Assembly: GCA_040218735.1 (NCBI GenBank)
Contig: JAVJQW010000011.1
Span: forward strand, 134,508 to 198,507
Direction of reading: 5' to 3'
From: Deltaproteobacteria bacterium
Lineage (GTDB): Bacteria; Myxococcota; Kuafuiibacteriia; Kuafuiibacteriales; Kuafuiibacteriaceae
DNA length: 64,000 nt
The notes under the pieces are model-generated. The model saw nothing but the letters and a program-made list of their open reading frames with translations. It searched no databases and was not told the origin of the DNA. Every line of letters begins with the position of its first letter. The first letter of the stretch is position 1. The translations under genes were made by a program, and so were the position numbers. This document shows, piece by piece, positions 17,131 to 26,577 of this stretch.

Positions 17131-18317
17131 GTCTTCACCATCGCCAGGGCGCCCTCGCGGTCCACGATGCGCCGCTCCAACACCGCGTCGTCGACCGCGC
17201 GCAGCAGATCCTTGAAGTGCGGACCGGGCGCCATCCCCAACGCCTTGAGATCGGCGCCCGTCAGCATCGGACGCGCCGGCAGCGGGTCCGCCGCGATCGC
17301 CGCGACCGCCGCGTCGAGGCGTCCGAGCGCCGTGGACTCGTTCGCGCTGACGAGGAAGACCCGCAGCCGCGCGACGTCCTCGTCGGCCGCGATGCGCACT
17401 ACGTCCGCGGAATCCGGCGAAGCCGCGTCACGCAACCGCGCCGCCTGCGCGTGCAACGTCATCGCGCCGCGGATCTGATCGCGGGAGAGCTTCAGCGCGC
17501 GCAGGTCGTCCTCGATCGCCGCCGAGTCGACCGACACGAGCGCCCACGCGACGACGTCACGAACGTCCTCGTCGAGCGGTTCACGCGCCGCCGCGAAACG
17601 ATCGAACGCCGCGGCGGAGGCGTCACGCACGAACGGCAACACGTGCGGCAGCAGCGTCGTCGACGCCAACATCCGCAGGCCGTCCCCCGGCCGCACGGAG
17701 CGAAAGATCCCCGTGAGCTCCTGGTTGATGCGCTCCGCGCTCACCGTCGAGATGTGCGGCGCGTTCGCGCGGATCGCCGCGAGCGTCGCGTCCTCGATTT
17801 CTAGCCCGAACCGCACCGCGAAGCGCACCGCGCGCAGCATCCGCAGGCGGTCCTCCGCGAAGCGCTGCGCCGGGTCCCCCACCGCACGCACCACCCGGCG
17901 ATCGAGGTCTTCGCGCCCCCCGACGTAGTCGAGGATCTCGTCGGTACGCGGGTCCATGAGCAGGCCGTTGATCGTGAAGTCGCGCCGCTTCACGTCCTCG
18001 ATCTTCGACTGCGAATAGGACACCGCGTCCGGCCGACGGCCGTCGGAGTAGTCGCCGTCCTCCCGGTACGTCGCGACCTCGTACTCCCGATCGCGCGGCC
18101 ACAGCACCTTCACCACGCCGAACGCCGCCCCGACCTGCACGGTGCGCCGGAACAGCTTCGACACCTGCTTCGGCGTCGCGTTCGTGACGATGTCGTAGTC
18201 CTTCGGCTCGACGCCGAGGATCGTGTCGCGCACGCACCCGCCCGCGAAGAACGCCTCGTACCCTGCGTCGCGCAGCACCGCGGCCACCTCGTCGGCGCCG
18301 GTCCTCAGGTGGGTCAT
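17127..18317 (-). CDS. cca: CCA tRNA nucleotidyltransferase / poly(A) polymerase family (class II NTase with HD-like C-terminal domain).
   Basis: AFFAGGCVRDTILGVEPKDYDIVTNATPKQV...RRDFTINGLLMD are NTase head motifs. Confidence 0.88.
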   Translation of the reverse strand: MTHLRTGADEVAAVLRDAGYEAFFAGGCVRDTILGVEPKDYDIVTNATPKQVSKLFRRTVQVGAAFGVVKVLWPRDREYEVATYREDGDYSDGRRPDAVSYSQSKIEDVKRRDFTINGLLMDPRTDEILDYVGGREDLDRRVVRAVGDPAQRFAEDRLRMLRAVRFAVRFGLEIEDATLAAIRANAPHISTVSAERINQELTGIFRSVRPGDGLRMLASTTLLPHVLPFVRDASAAAFDRFAAAREPLDEDVRDVVAWALVSVDSAAIEDDLRALKLSRDQIRGAMTLHAQAARLRDAASPDSADVVRIAADEDVARLRVFLVSANESTALGRLDAAVAAIAADPLPARPMLTGADLKALGMAPGPHFKDLLRAVDDAVLERRIVDREGALAMVKT

Positions 18318-19699
18318 CAGCGGCCGTAGACGATCGCCGCCGAGCGCGGCTGGTAGCGGCGACGCAAGACGATCTCGCTGTCGCGCTCCGTGTACGTGTC
18401 GACGGGGTCGGTCGGATAGAGCGACGTGCTCAACGCCGGCGCGTCGGTGATCGCACGACCGACGACGACGGTCAGACCCGGCGGCGATTCTTCACTCCCG
18501 CGCGCGGGGATCAGGACACTCGTGCCCGCGCCGTCCACGACCGCGGAGAGCGGGTTCTCGAGGGTGTCGCCGAGGACGTTCGACTGCACGCTCGGTTTGC
18601 CGTCGGTCTCCAGGTAGAGGAACAGCGCGACGACGCGGTCGAGGCGGCCCGTGGTCTCACGCACCGCGATGACCGAGGACAGGCCGTCGGCGTACGCGGC
18701 GACGTTCCCCGTCGCGTCCCCCCCCTCGTAGGAGATCGCGTTGCCGTTGCCGAGCTCGACCGCGGTCACGCGATTGCTGCCCTGCGAGGTGAAGTAGACG
18801 GTGTCGCCGCCGCCGCGCAGGCCGACCCCGCCCGGCTCCGCGACCACGTTGCGGGCCGAGACGTCCATGTCGCCGACGTCGATGAACAACGTCCCCGGCT
18901 CCTGGTCGATCACGAACACGGCGTCGTCTCCGTCCGCGGCCATCGCGCCGTCGAGGAAGCGCCCACCGACGCCCTGCGCGAAGCGGCCGAGGTTGGTCCC
19001 GGCGTCGACGTCGGCGAAGGAGATCAGGTTGCCGCCGCCGATGACCGCAACCGGGCTGCCCTCGGAGGCGAGCGCGAGCTCCTGCGGGCCGTCGAGCTGG
19101 ATGGACGTGAAGCCGTGGTCCGCCAGCGAGATGACCCCGAGGTAGCCGACCGCACCGATCTCGTAGGTGACGAGCATCTGTTTGCCACCCCGCGCGGAGA
19201 CCCCGCGCGCCACCGCGCCCGCGGGGAGCTCGTACTTCGACACCAGCGCGCGCGTCACGACGTCGACGACGTAGAGCACACTCTCGGGCGCCGGCACGCC
19301 ATCGTTGCGGTCTTCGCCGTTGGCGTAGTGCGCGATGTACGCGAGGTTCCTGTGGAGCGGGAACGACACCGAGACGTCGCCTTCGCCGTCGAGCCGAAGC
19401 CGCTCGCCGTACGCGACGACGTTGCCGACCTCGTCGTAGCCGTACGCGCGCACGTCCACCGTCGCCGACTCCGCCGAGATGCCTTCGAAGGTCGCGGTGC
19501 GCGTGGAGAGATCGAGGTCGCGGATGACGTCGTCACCCGTCGCCGACCCCTCCACCACGACACGCACCGAAGCGAGGTTCGCGGACTCGTACGGGTTCAG
19601 GATCGCGACGGCGGACGTCGTCAGCTCGACCGAGATCGACTTCGTCGACTCCCCGCACGCCGCGAGCGCCAACAGGGTCAACAGCGCGCAGCGTTTCAT
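18317..19699 (-). CDS. Lipoprotein with repeated beta-strand-rich units (possible beta-propeller).
   Basis: Signal and lipobox MKRCALLTLLALAACG. Repeated DG/VG-containing strands. It overlaps the cca start codon. Confidence 0.6.
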   Translation of the reverse strand: MKRCALLTLLALAACGESTKSISVELTTSAVAILNPYESANLASVRVVVEGSATGDDVIRDLDLSTRTATFEGISAESATVDVRAYGYDEVGNVVAYGERLRLDGEGDVSVSFPLHRNLAYIAHYANGEDRNDGVPAPESVLYVVDVVTRALVSKYELPAGAVARGVSARGGKQMLVTYEIGAVGYLGVISLADHGFTSIQLDGPQELALASEGSPVAVIGGGNLISFADVDAGTNLGRFAQGVGGRFLDGAMAADGDDAVFVIDQEPGTLFIDVGDMDVSARNVVAEPGGVGLRGGGDTVYFTSQGSNRVTAVELGNGNAISYEGGDATGNVAAYADGLSSVIAVRETTGRLDRVVALFLYLETDGKPSVQSNVLGDTLENPLSAVVDGAGTSVLIPARGSEESPPGLTVVVGRAITDAPALSTSLYPTDPVDTYTERDSEIVLRRRYQPRSAAIVYGR

Positions 19700-21279
19700 T
19701 CGGCCGGCCTCACGTAGATCTCGTCGATCCCCACGCTCGCGCCATCCGACAGCGCGGGCAAGAACCGGTAGCGGAACGTCGCCGTCTTCACGGCGTCCGG
19801 GATGGTCACCACGACGCGACCGGCCCGCCAGTCGAGTGTGCTCTGCGAACCGAGCGTCAGCCCGTTGTCACGCCGCGACGTCGGCGGGAAGACCGCACGA
19901 CTGCCGTCGACGAGCGTACCGTCGACCCAGCTCGAGTCCTGGCCACAGTTGGCGCCGCAGAACTGCACGACGACCTCCTGCGGGGCCGTCTCCCACTGCG
20001 CGGGATCCGTGCCCTGCTCCGCGACCTTGAACGTCACGCCGACGTTGAAGCCGACGTAGTCGAACCGCAGCTGCATCGGGCCGGCGGCGGACAGGTCGAT
20101 CGCCGGGGACGTCAGCGCCTGCTCCAGATCGAAGAGTTGCGCGCGGTCGTAGTTGCGCGGCGTCGGGTAGCAGCCGTCGTCGCCGAGCGCGAGGCAGCGG
20201 TTGCGGAAGTCCGCGCACTCCGCCGTGCTCATCATCGCCGCCCGACAGTTCGCCGACTCGCCGCAGGAGATGCAGTCGGTGCAGACGTTCGCGGTGAGGC
20301 ACATCGTGTCCACGCACATGCCGCACTCCGTCGAGTTGGGGTTCGCGCACGGCCCGCCGCAAGTCGTGTTGCGGCACATCGCCACCGAGGTGTCGCAGTC
20401 CTGGCAGACGGTGCACGCGCGCCCGGCCGCCTGGGCCTCACACGAGACGAGCCGGTCGCCGATCGTGTCGGGCGGCGCGTTCGGGCAGGCGTCACACGCC
20501 GTGCAGACGCTCGAGCACTCACTCGGCGGGGTCGCCGGGCACGACAACGGCTGCGGCAACGACCACAGCCGGTCCGGCGCGCCCGGGCACGTCGCGAGGG
20601 TGACGTTCTGTCCAGAGGGCGGCGGGTTCGCGAGGCAGTCGAGGCAACACGCGCACGCCTTGCAGGTGAACGACGTGTCCGCCTGTCCCTTCGGCGAAGC
20701 GGCGCGATACCGCAGCCACACGAAGTTGTTCCCGAGCGAAGCGGTGCCGGCGCAGCGCTCGTCACCGAGCGTGCACCCCGCGACACCGAGCGTCGCGATC
20801 TTGGTGAGCGGGTTCGCGATGTTGGGCTCGTTGGGGTCGGCCTGTGGGGCGACGAAGCCGAGCGTGGTGAGGTCGACGAACGTCTCCCCGTCCCGGATCT
20901 CGAAGCTCTCGTAGTGGAAGGCGCAGCGCCCCTCTACGCACTCCTGGCCGGCGCCGCACGCGTTGGTCGGGCAGCCCGTGCGGCAGCGGAGGTTCTCGCA
21001 GATCGGTATCTGCGGCTGAGGGTCGCCGACGTTGACACACGCCTCGTCCAGCTCGTCGCGGTCGATGACGCAGTCCGAGTCCTCGGTGCACGCGCGCAGG
21101 CATCGGCCGTCGAGGCACGTGAGGTTCGAGAAACCTTCGTCGATGCAGTCCTGCGCCGTCTGACACTCGAGCTCGGTGACGACGACCTTCGGCGCGCACG
21201 TCGGGTCGTCCGAGGAACAGCCGAGGAGCCCCGCGGTCAGGAGCGCGGCGAGAGGGACCGCGAATCGCATGGCGTTCAA
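19696..21279 (-). CDS. Cysteine-rich secreted lipoprotein (multiple CxxxC/EGF-like modules).
   Basis: MNAMRFAVPLAALLTAGLLGCSSDD, with more than 50 Cys in spaced modules (CQTAQDC, CLDGRC, CRTGC...). It overlaps the next gene by 4 nt. Confidence 0.6.
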   Translation of the reverse strand: MNAMRFAVPLAALLTAGLLGCSSDDPTCAPKVVVTELECQTAQDCIDEGFSNLTCLDGRCLRACTEDSDCVIDRDELDEACVNVGDPQPQIPICENLRCRTGCPTNACGAGQECVEGRCAFHYESFEIRDGETFVDLTTLGFVAPQADPNEPNIANPLTKIATLGVAGCTLGDERCAGTASLGNNFVWLRYRAASPKGQADTSFTCKACACCLDCLANPPPSGQNVTLATCPGAPDRLWSLPQPLSCPATPPSECSSVCTACDACPNAPPDTIGDRLVSCEAQAAGRACTVCQDCDTSVAMCRNTTCGGPCANPNSTECGMCVDTMCLTANVCTDCISCGESANCRAAMMSTAECADFRNRCLALGDDGCYPTPRNYDRAQLFDLEQALTSPAIDLSAAGPMQLRFDYVGFNVGVTFKVAEQGTDPAQWETAPQEVVVQFCGANCGQDSSWVDGTLVDGSRAVFPPTSRRDNGLTLGSQSTLDWRAGRVVVTIPDAVKTATFRYRFLPALSDGASVGIDEIYVRPAE

Positions 21280-21283
21280 ACTA

Positions 21284-22303
21284 TCACGACGCCATGAGGC
21301 GGAACACCAGGCGCTCCATGGCCCGCGTGTTGTCCAGCGCGCCGCCCTTGAGGTCGCGGTCGGTCGCGGTGACGGCCGCCAAGCCGCGCGCGAGGGTCTT
21401 CAGATCGTGACGCCGCGCCTGGGACAGCAGGTTGTCCATCACGAACGGGGGGACGCCGACCATCGCCTGGATCTCCCCCCGCGAAACCCCGGCATCCAGC
21501 GCGGCGCGCGCCTTCGTGAGGTTGCGATAGTGACGTGCGACCAACGCCAGCAGGCGAAGCGGGTGGTCACGGGCGACGCCGAGGATGCCGTGCAGGCCCT
21601 CCAGCACCGCGGCCCGGTTGCCGGTGCCGATCGCGTCCACGAGCTTGAAGATGTTCTCCTCCTTCGTGACCGCGACCACGGCCGCGACGTCGTCCGCGGT
21701 GATCTTGCGCGCAGGCTCGCCGACGTACAGCGACAGCACCTCCAGCGCCTGGCTGGCGGCGCCGACGTCCGTCCCCACCGCGTCCACGATCGCGCGCACC
21801 GCGCGGGCGTCCACGTCGATCTTCATCTTGCGCGCGCGCGCCCGCACGACGTCCGGCATCTCGCGCGCGTTGGGGCTGGAGAAGCGGACGGTGACCTTCG
21901 CCTTGGCGGCTGCCTTGTACGCTTTGCCGCGTCCGTCGAACTTGTCGGCGACGAACAGCACCGTCGTCGTCGGGCTCGGATCCTTCAGGTAGGCGAGGAA
22001 CGCGTCGAGGTTCTTGTCGAAGTCGAGTTTGTCCGCGTGCTGGCAGATCACCAACCGCCGCTGCGCGAACGCCGGGAAGGTCTGCGCGGCGTCGATCACC
22101 CGCGCGATGGAGGCGTCGCGCCCCGAGAACTGGTCGACGTTGAAGTCCCGCGCGTGTGGCGGCACCGCGGCGTCGCGAACGGCGGCGACGAACTCGTCGA
22201 CGAGCACACGCTCTTCGCCGTCGAGCACGTAGACGGGCTGCGGGCCCTGGTCGGCGAGGACCTGGTACGGATCGACCTTCGGCTTCTTCTTCCGCGGCGG
22301 CAT
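21284..22303 (-). CDS. holA: DNA polymerase III delta subunit.
   Basis: MPPRKKKPKVDPYQVL...PVYVLDGEERVLVDEF...LFVADKFDGRGKAYKA has delta/HolA architecture (339 aa). Its ATG overlaps the mreB stop (ATGA). The Arg-rich upstream part of the track ORF is rejected. Confidence 0.78.
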   Translation of the reverse strand: MPPRKKKPKVDPYQVLADQGPQPVYVLDGEERVLVDEFVAAVRDAAVPPHARDFNVDQFSGRDASIARVIDAAQTFPAFAQRRLVICQHADKLDFDKNLDAFLAYLKDPSPTTTVLFVADKFDGRGKAYKAAAKAKVTVRFSSPNAREMPDVVRARARKMKIDVDARAVRAIVDAVGTDVGAASQALEVLSLYVGEPARKITADDVAAVVAVTKEENIFKLVDAIGTGNRAAVLEGLHGILGVARDHPLRLLALVARHYRNLTKARAALDAGVSRGEIQAMVGVPPFVMDNLLSQARRHDLKTLARGLAAVTATDRDLKGGALDNTRAMERLVFRLMAS

Positions 22304-23322
22304 CAGAACAGCAGGCCGCGGTAACGTTCGAGGTCCTCGAGGACGATGCCGACGCCGTTCACCACGGCGAGCAGCGGGTCCTCCGCGACGATGGCCGGGA
22401 TGCCGGTCTCCTCGCGGAGCACGAGGTCGAGGCCCTTGAGCCCGGCGCCGCCGCCGACGAGGACGAGCCCCCGCTCGGCGAGGTCCGCGGACAGCTCGGG
22501 CGGCGTGCGCTCGAGGACGGAGCGGCACGCCTCGACGATCGCCTGGATGGTGTCGGCGAGGCCTTCGCGGACGTCCTCGCCCGTGATGTTGATCGACCGC
22601 GGCACCCCGGAGATCAGGTCGCGCCCCTTGAGGTCCATCGCGCCCGAAGGGCTGTCGCGGTGGACGTTGCCGATCTTCATCTTGATCGCCTCGGCGGTGC
22701 GCTCGCCGATCAGGATGTTCGAGCGGCGGCGCACGTACTGGATGATCGCGTCGTCCATCGAGTCGCCCGCGATCTTGAGCGTGCGGTAGGTGACGAGGCC
22801 GCCGAGGGAGATGACGGCGACGTCCGTCGTGCCGCCGCCGATGTCGATGATCATGCTCCCGCGCGCGTCGAGCACCGGGAGCCCGGCGCCGACGGCGGCG
22901 GCCATGGGCTGCTCGATGAGGAGCACCTCGCGGACGCCGGCCGAGAGCGCGGCCTCGCGGACCGCCTTGGTCTCGACGTCGGTGATGCCGGCGGGGATCG
23001 AGATGACGAGGCGCGAGCGGATCAGGTGGTTACGCTTGTGCGCCTTGCGGATGAAGTACTTGAGCATCGCCTCGGTGACGGCGAAGTCCGCGATGACCCC
23101 CTCGCGCATGGGGCGGATCGCGTCGATGTTGCCCGGCGTCTTGCCGAGCATCTCCTTGGCCTCGTGACCGACCGCGACGACCTTCCGGCTGCTCTTGGCG
23201 ATGGCGACGACGGAGGGCTCGTCCAGGACGATCCCCCGCCCGCGCATGTGTACGAGCGTATTGGCGGTCCCCAGATCGATCGCGATGTCCTGGGAGAACA
23301 TCCCGAGCAGGCCATCGAACAC
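22303..23322 (-). CDS. mreB: Rod shape-determining actin homolog MreB.
   Basis: MFDGLLGMFSQDIAIDLGTANTLVHMRGRGIVLDEPSVVAI...DIGGGTTDVAVISLGG. Confidence 0.95.
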   Translation of the reverse strand: MFDGLLGMFSQDIAIDLGTANTLVHMRGRGIVLDEPSVVAIAKSSRKVVAVGHEAKEMLGKTPGNIDAIRPMREGVIADFAVTEAMLKYFIRKAHKRNHLIRSRLVISIPAGITDVETKAVREAALSAGVREVLLIEQPMAAAVGAGLPVLDARGSMIIDIGGGTTDVAVISLGGLVTYRTLKIAGDSMDDAIIQYVRRRSNILIGERTAEAIKMKIGNVHRDSPSGAMDLKGRDLISGVPRSINITGEDVREGLADTIQAIVEACRSVLERTPPELSADLAERGLVLVGGGAGLKGLDLVLREETGIPAIVAEDPLLAVVNGVGIVLEDLERYRGLLF

Positions 23323-23344
23323 GGCGCGGGGAGTAGCAGGTTTG

Positions 23345-23800
23345 TTACTTGGGATCGAGGCGCTTCTTCACCTCTTTGAGCGCGTCGAGGTTCTGCACGT
23401 GCGCGAGGCTCCCGATGAGGAATTCCTTCGTCGCCTCGTTGAGCTGGGCGACCTCGTCGCGGCCCACACCGACGGCCTCGGCGTACTGGTGGATGAGGTC
23501 GTCCTCCTCCTGGGCGTACACGCCGTCGGCGAACGCGAGGAGGATGAGGCTCTTGACGTAGAGCGAGCGCAGCTCGGCCGTGGCGAAGAGGTCCTTGGCC
23601 GCGGCGGGGTCGAACTTGCCGCCGGCGAACTCCTCGAGCCGGGGGTCACCGGCGCGCGAGCAGCTGTCGTAGAACTGCCGAATCAGCTGCATCTCGTTGT
23701 CGTGAATGCCGTCGACCTTTGCGAGCGCCATGAGGGCGTGGGTGAGGCACTTGACCTGATCGAAGTCGAGGTCCTGATGGGAGAAGAACTCGGGGATCAT
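23345..23800 (-). CDS. TerB-like (tellurite-resistance TerB family fold) protein.
   Basis: MIPEFFSHQDLDFDQVKCLTHALMALAKVDGIHDNEMQLIRQFYD has the helical TerB-like signature. The internal ATG is preferred over the track start. Confidence 0.55.
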   Translation of the reverse strand: MIPEFFSHQDLDFDQVKCLTHALMALAKVDGIHDNEMQLIRQFYDSCSRAGDPRLEEFAGGKFDPAAAKDLFATAELRSLYVKSLILLAFADGVYAQEEDDLIHQYAEAVGVGRDEVAQLNEATKEFLIGSLAHVQNLDALKEVKKRLDPK

Positions 23801-23854
23801 GTTGCGGGTAGCTGTACCCACCGTCCGACCTGGCGACAAGGGGGACGGGTCGCT

Positions 23855-24889
23855 TCAGGGCGAAAGCGGGAAGACGGGGCCCCAGGCGGTGCGGATCGCG
23901 ACGGAGACGTTGCCGATTCCCGGCACGGCGACCTGCCCGCGGACCTCCTGATCGCGGCGGAGCTCGAGCGTCCAGGGCTGGGTCGGGTTCGCCGCTTGCC
24001 AGGCCTGCTGCGCGTCGAAGGGGATGTTGTAGCCGCCGTCGTTGAGCGGTGCGCACGTCAGCACGACCTCGCCGTCGGCGTCGGTCGCGACGACGGTGAT
24101 CGGCTGGTCGATCGGCATCGTGTTCCAGGAGATCGGGTTGTTGAGCGTGGTCGTCGAGCCGGGCGCGAGCACCGAGCCCGTGACCTCCGTCGGCACCGGA
24201 ACGGGGATCGGCCCCGGTGAAAACGCCCCGCCGCCCGCGCCCGCGACGAACGTGACCGTCGGGTTCTGAGCGGCGGCGAACATGCGGCGCGTGTACTGCG
24301 TCCCCGCCGCGGGTTCGTAGCGCCCGTCCGAGGTGTACTCGAGGTTGATCGTCGCGACGCTCCCGCCCAGCGCGACCTCGACGTGGTCCGTACGGATCGG
24401 GACCAGCGTCCCTCCGCTCTGGCGGCGCACGACGAGCTCGCAGTCGCCGTCGTTGTTCAGGAAGGTGTCGCTCGTCGTGTCGAACGAGGCCATCGACTCG
24501 TCGACGAGCTCCGCCGTCACGACGTACTCGGAGCTGTTCGCCCCCGAGGTCTGCTCGCGGATCCACACCGCGCCGCGGGCGCCCGGAACGGAGGCGTCGG
24601 GGAAGCCTGCGTCGCCGACGCCGCCGTCGCGGGGCGTCGACATGTCGCCGCCGTCGCGGTCCATGGTGTTGGTCGACGTCATGGTCCCGCCGTCCCGCAT
24701 CGGCAGGCAGCTCCCGGACGGCCCGGCGTCACAGCGGTCCGTCGGCACGAAGGGTTGCTCCGCGACGCACTCGCCGTCGTCGCACTTGAAGCCCCCACCG
24801 CAGTCCGCCCGATTCTCACACTCGCTGGAGCAAGCCGTCGCCCCCGCCAGCATCCCCGCCACGACACAGATCCCGAATACGCGCATCAC
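23855..24889 (-). CDS. Secreted lipoprotein, hypothetical.
   Basis: MMRVFGICVVAGMLAGATACSSECENRADCGGGFKCDDGEC signal and lipobox. Beta-rich C-terminal part. Confidence 0.6.
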   Translation of the reverse strand: MMRVFGICVVAGMLAGATACSSECENRADCGGGFKCDDGECVAEQPFVPTDRCDAGPSGSCLPMRDGGTMTSTNTMDRDGGDMSTPRDGGVGDAGFPDASVPGARGAVWIREQTSGANSSEYVVTAELVDESMASFDTTSDTFLNNDGDCELVVRRQSGGTLVPIRTDHVEVALGGSVATINLEYTSDGRYEPAAGTQYTRRMFAAAQNPTVTFVAGAGGGAFSPGPIPVPVPTEVTGSVLAPGSTTTLNNPISWNTMPIDQPITVVATDADGEVVLTCAPLNDGGYNIPFDAQQAWQAANPTQPWTLELRRDQEVRGQVAVPGIGNVSVAIRTAWGPVFPLSP

Positions 24890-24937
24890 GCCCGATTATG
24901 GCCCCAATCGACCCCGCTGCGTAGAATCGAGCCACGA

Positions 24938-26467
24938 ATGCCGAACTACGCGGACCTGGAACCGATCCCGGAGGCCGAAACGGCGGACCTCATGCCCGAT
25001 CTCGGCCTCGCCGCCGAGTCGGGGACCCTGGACCCGGCCGACCGCATCTACGTCAACCGAACGCTGCGCCTGGACCAGATCCGGCAGGTCGGCTTCGACA
25101 TGGACTACACCCTCGCGCCCTACGCGAAGCTCGAGATCGAGAGCCTGTCCTATCGCCTCACCGCGGAGCGCCTCGTGCGCGAGCTCGGCTACCCCGAGTC
25201 GATCCTCGACATCCAGTACGAACCGTCGTTCGTCCTGCGCGGGCTCGTCGTCGACAAACGCCTCGGCAACATCTTCAAGATGGACCGCTACAACCACGTT
25301 GGCCGCGTCTTCCACGGGCGACGTGAGCTCACGAAGGACGAGCGCCGCAAACACTACCGCAACGTGAAGATCCGCCTGTCGGCGTCGCGGTACCACTGGC
25401 TCGACACCCTCTTCGCGCTCCCGGAGGCGGCCCTCTACTCCGGCATCATCGAGCACTACGAGCAGGACCTTCAAAAACGCGTCGCGTTCCACAAGCTGTT
25501 CGACGACATCCGCAACTCGATCGACGCCTGCCACCGCGACGGCTCGCTCAAGACGATCATCAAGGCGGACCTGCAGCGTTACATCATCGCCGACCCCGAG
25601 CTGCCGACGACGCTGCACCGCCTCCGCTCCGCCGGCAAACGCCTCTTCGTCCTGACCAACTCCTACTGGGACTACACCAACGCGGTGATGAGCTACCTCC
25701 TCGACGATCGCCTCGCCGAGTACCCGCGGTGGCTCAACTACTTCGACGTGGTGATCGTCGGCGCGCAGAAGCCGGGCTTCTTCACCGGCAAGGCGCCGTT
25801 CCTCCGGGTCGATCCGCGGACGGGAGAAGTGTCCGACGAACCCGCGACGCGCTTCGAACAACGTGGCGTCTACCAGGGCGGCAACATCTCACGCTTCGAG
25901 AAGATCGCACCCGGCGGCGAGTCGGTGCTCTACGTCGGCGACCACATCTACGGCGACATCATCCGCTCCAAGAAGGACTCGCTGTGGCGCACCGCGCTGG
26001 TGCTCGAGGAGCTCGAGTACGAGCAGGCCCGCGCGCGCGAGATCCAGCACGCTCAGTCGGACCTCATCGAGCTCGAGGATCGTCGCCGCGCGCTCGACCA
26101 CGAGGTCCTCACGATCAAGCTCCGCATCAACGCCATCGAGCAGGCCTTCGACACCGCGAACATCTCCCGCGAGCGCACCACCGAGCTCGCGGGTGCGAAG
26201 CGACGGCTGCGGATGCTCCTGGACCGCAAACGGCGCAGCCTCAACACGGTGATCGAACGACGCGAGATCCTCACCGAGGAGATCGACCGCGCCTACAACC
26301 CGTACTGGGGGAGTGTCTTCAAGGAGGGCTCCGACGTCTCGCGCTTCGGCGAGCAGGTCGAGGAGTACGCGTGCATCTACACGAGCCGTGTGAGCAACCT
26401 GTCGAAGTACTCACCCACGCAATACTTCCGCGCCGTGCGCCACTGGATGCCGCACGAGAAGGCGTGA
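24938..26467 (+). CDS. Cytosolic-type 5'-nucleotidase (HAD-IG / cN-II-like family).
   Basis: DxDxT motif FDMDYTLAPY, plus VLTNSYWDYTNAVMSYLL and VLYVGDHIYGDIIRSKK. The ATG at 24938 is in frame with the longer track ORF 24383..26467, and the upstream part of that ORF is rejected. Confidence 0.8.
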   Translation: MPNYADLEPIPEAETADLMPDLGLAAESGTLDPADRIYVNRTLRLDQIRQVGFDMDYTLAPYAKLEIESLSYRLTAERLVRELGYPESILDIQYEPSFVLRGLVVDKRLGNIFKMDRYNHVGRVFHGRRELTKDERRKHYRNVKIRLSASRYHWLDTLFALPEAALYSGIIEHYEQDLQKRVAFHKLFDDIRNSIDACHRDGSLKTIIKADLQRYIIADPELPTTLHRLRSAGKRLFVLTNSYWDYTNAVMSYLLDDRLAEYPRWLNYFDVVIVGAQKPGFFTGKAPFLRVDPRTGEVSDEPATRFEQRGVYQGGNISRFEKIAPGGESVLYVGDHIYGDIIRSKKDSLWRTALVLEELEYEQARAREIQHAQSDLIELEDRRRALDHEVLTIKLRINAIEQAFDTANISRERTTELAGAKRRLRMLLDRKRRSLNTVIERREILTEEIDRAYNPYWGSVFKEGSDVSRFGEQVEEYACIYTSRVSNLSKYSPTQYFRAVRHWMPHEKA

Positions 26468-26577
26468 CGTCGTAGCGCCTGCGCCCCGCTGCGTCACGGT
26501 AGGGCGCGCTCGCCGACGGGTTTACGGACCTGACGGCCACCCCTTTCCCTTCGGTAAGGTGCGCGTCCAGGAGGGTC

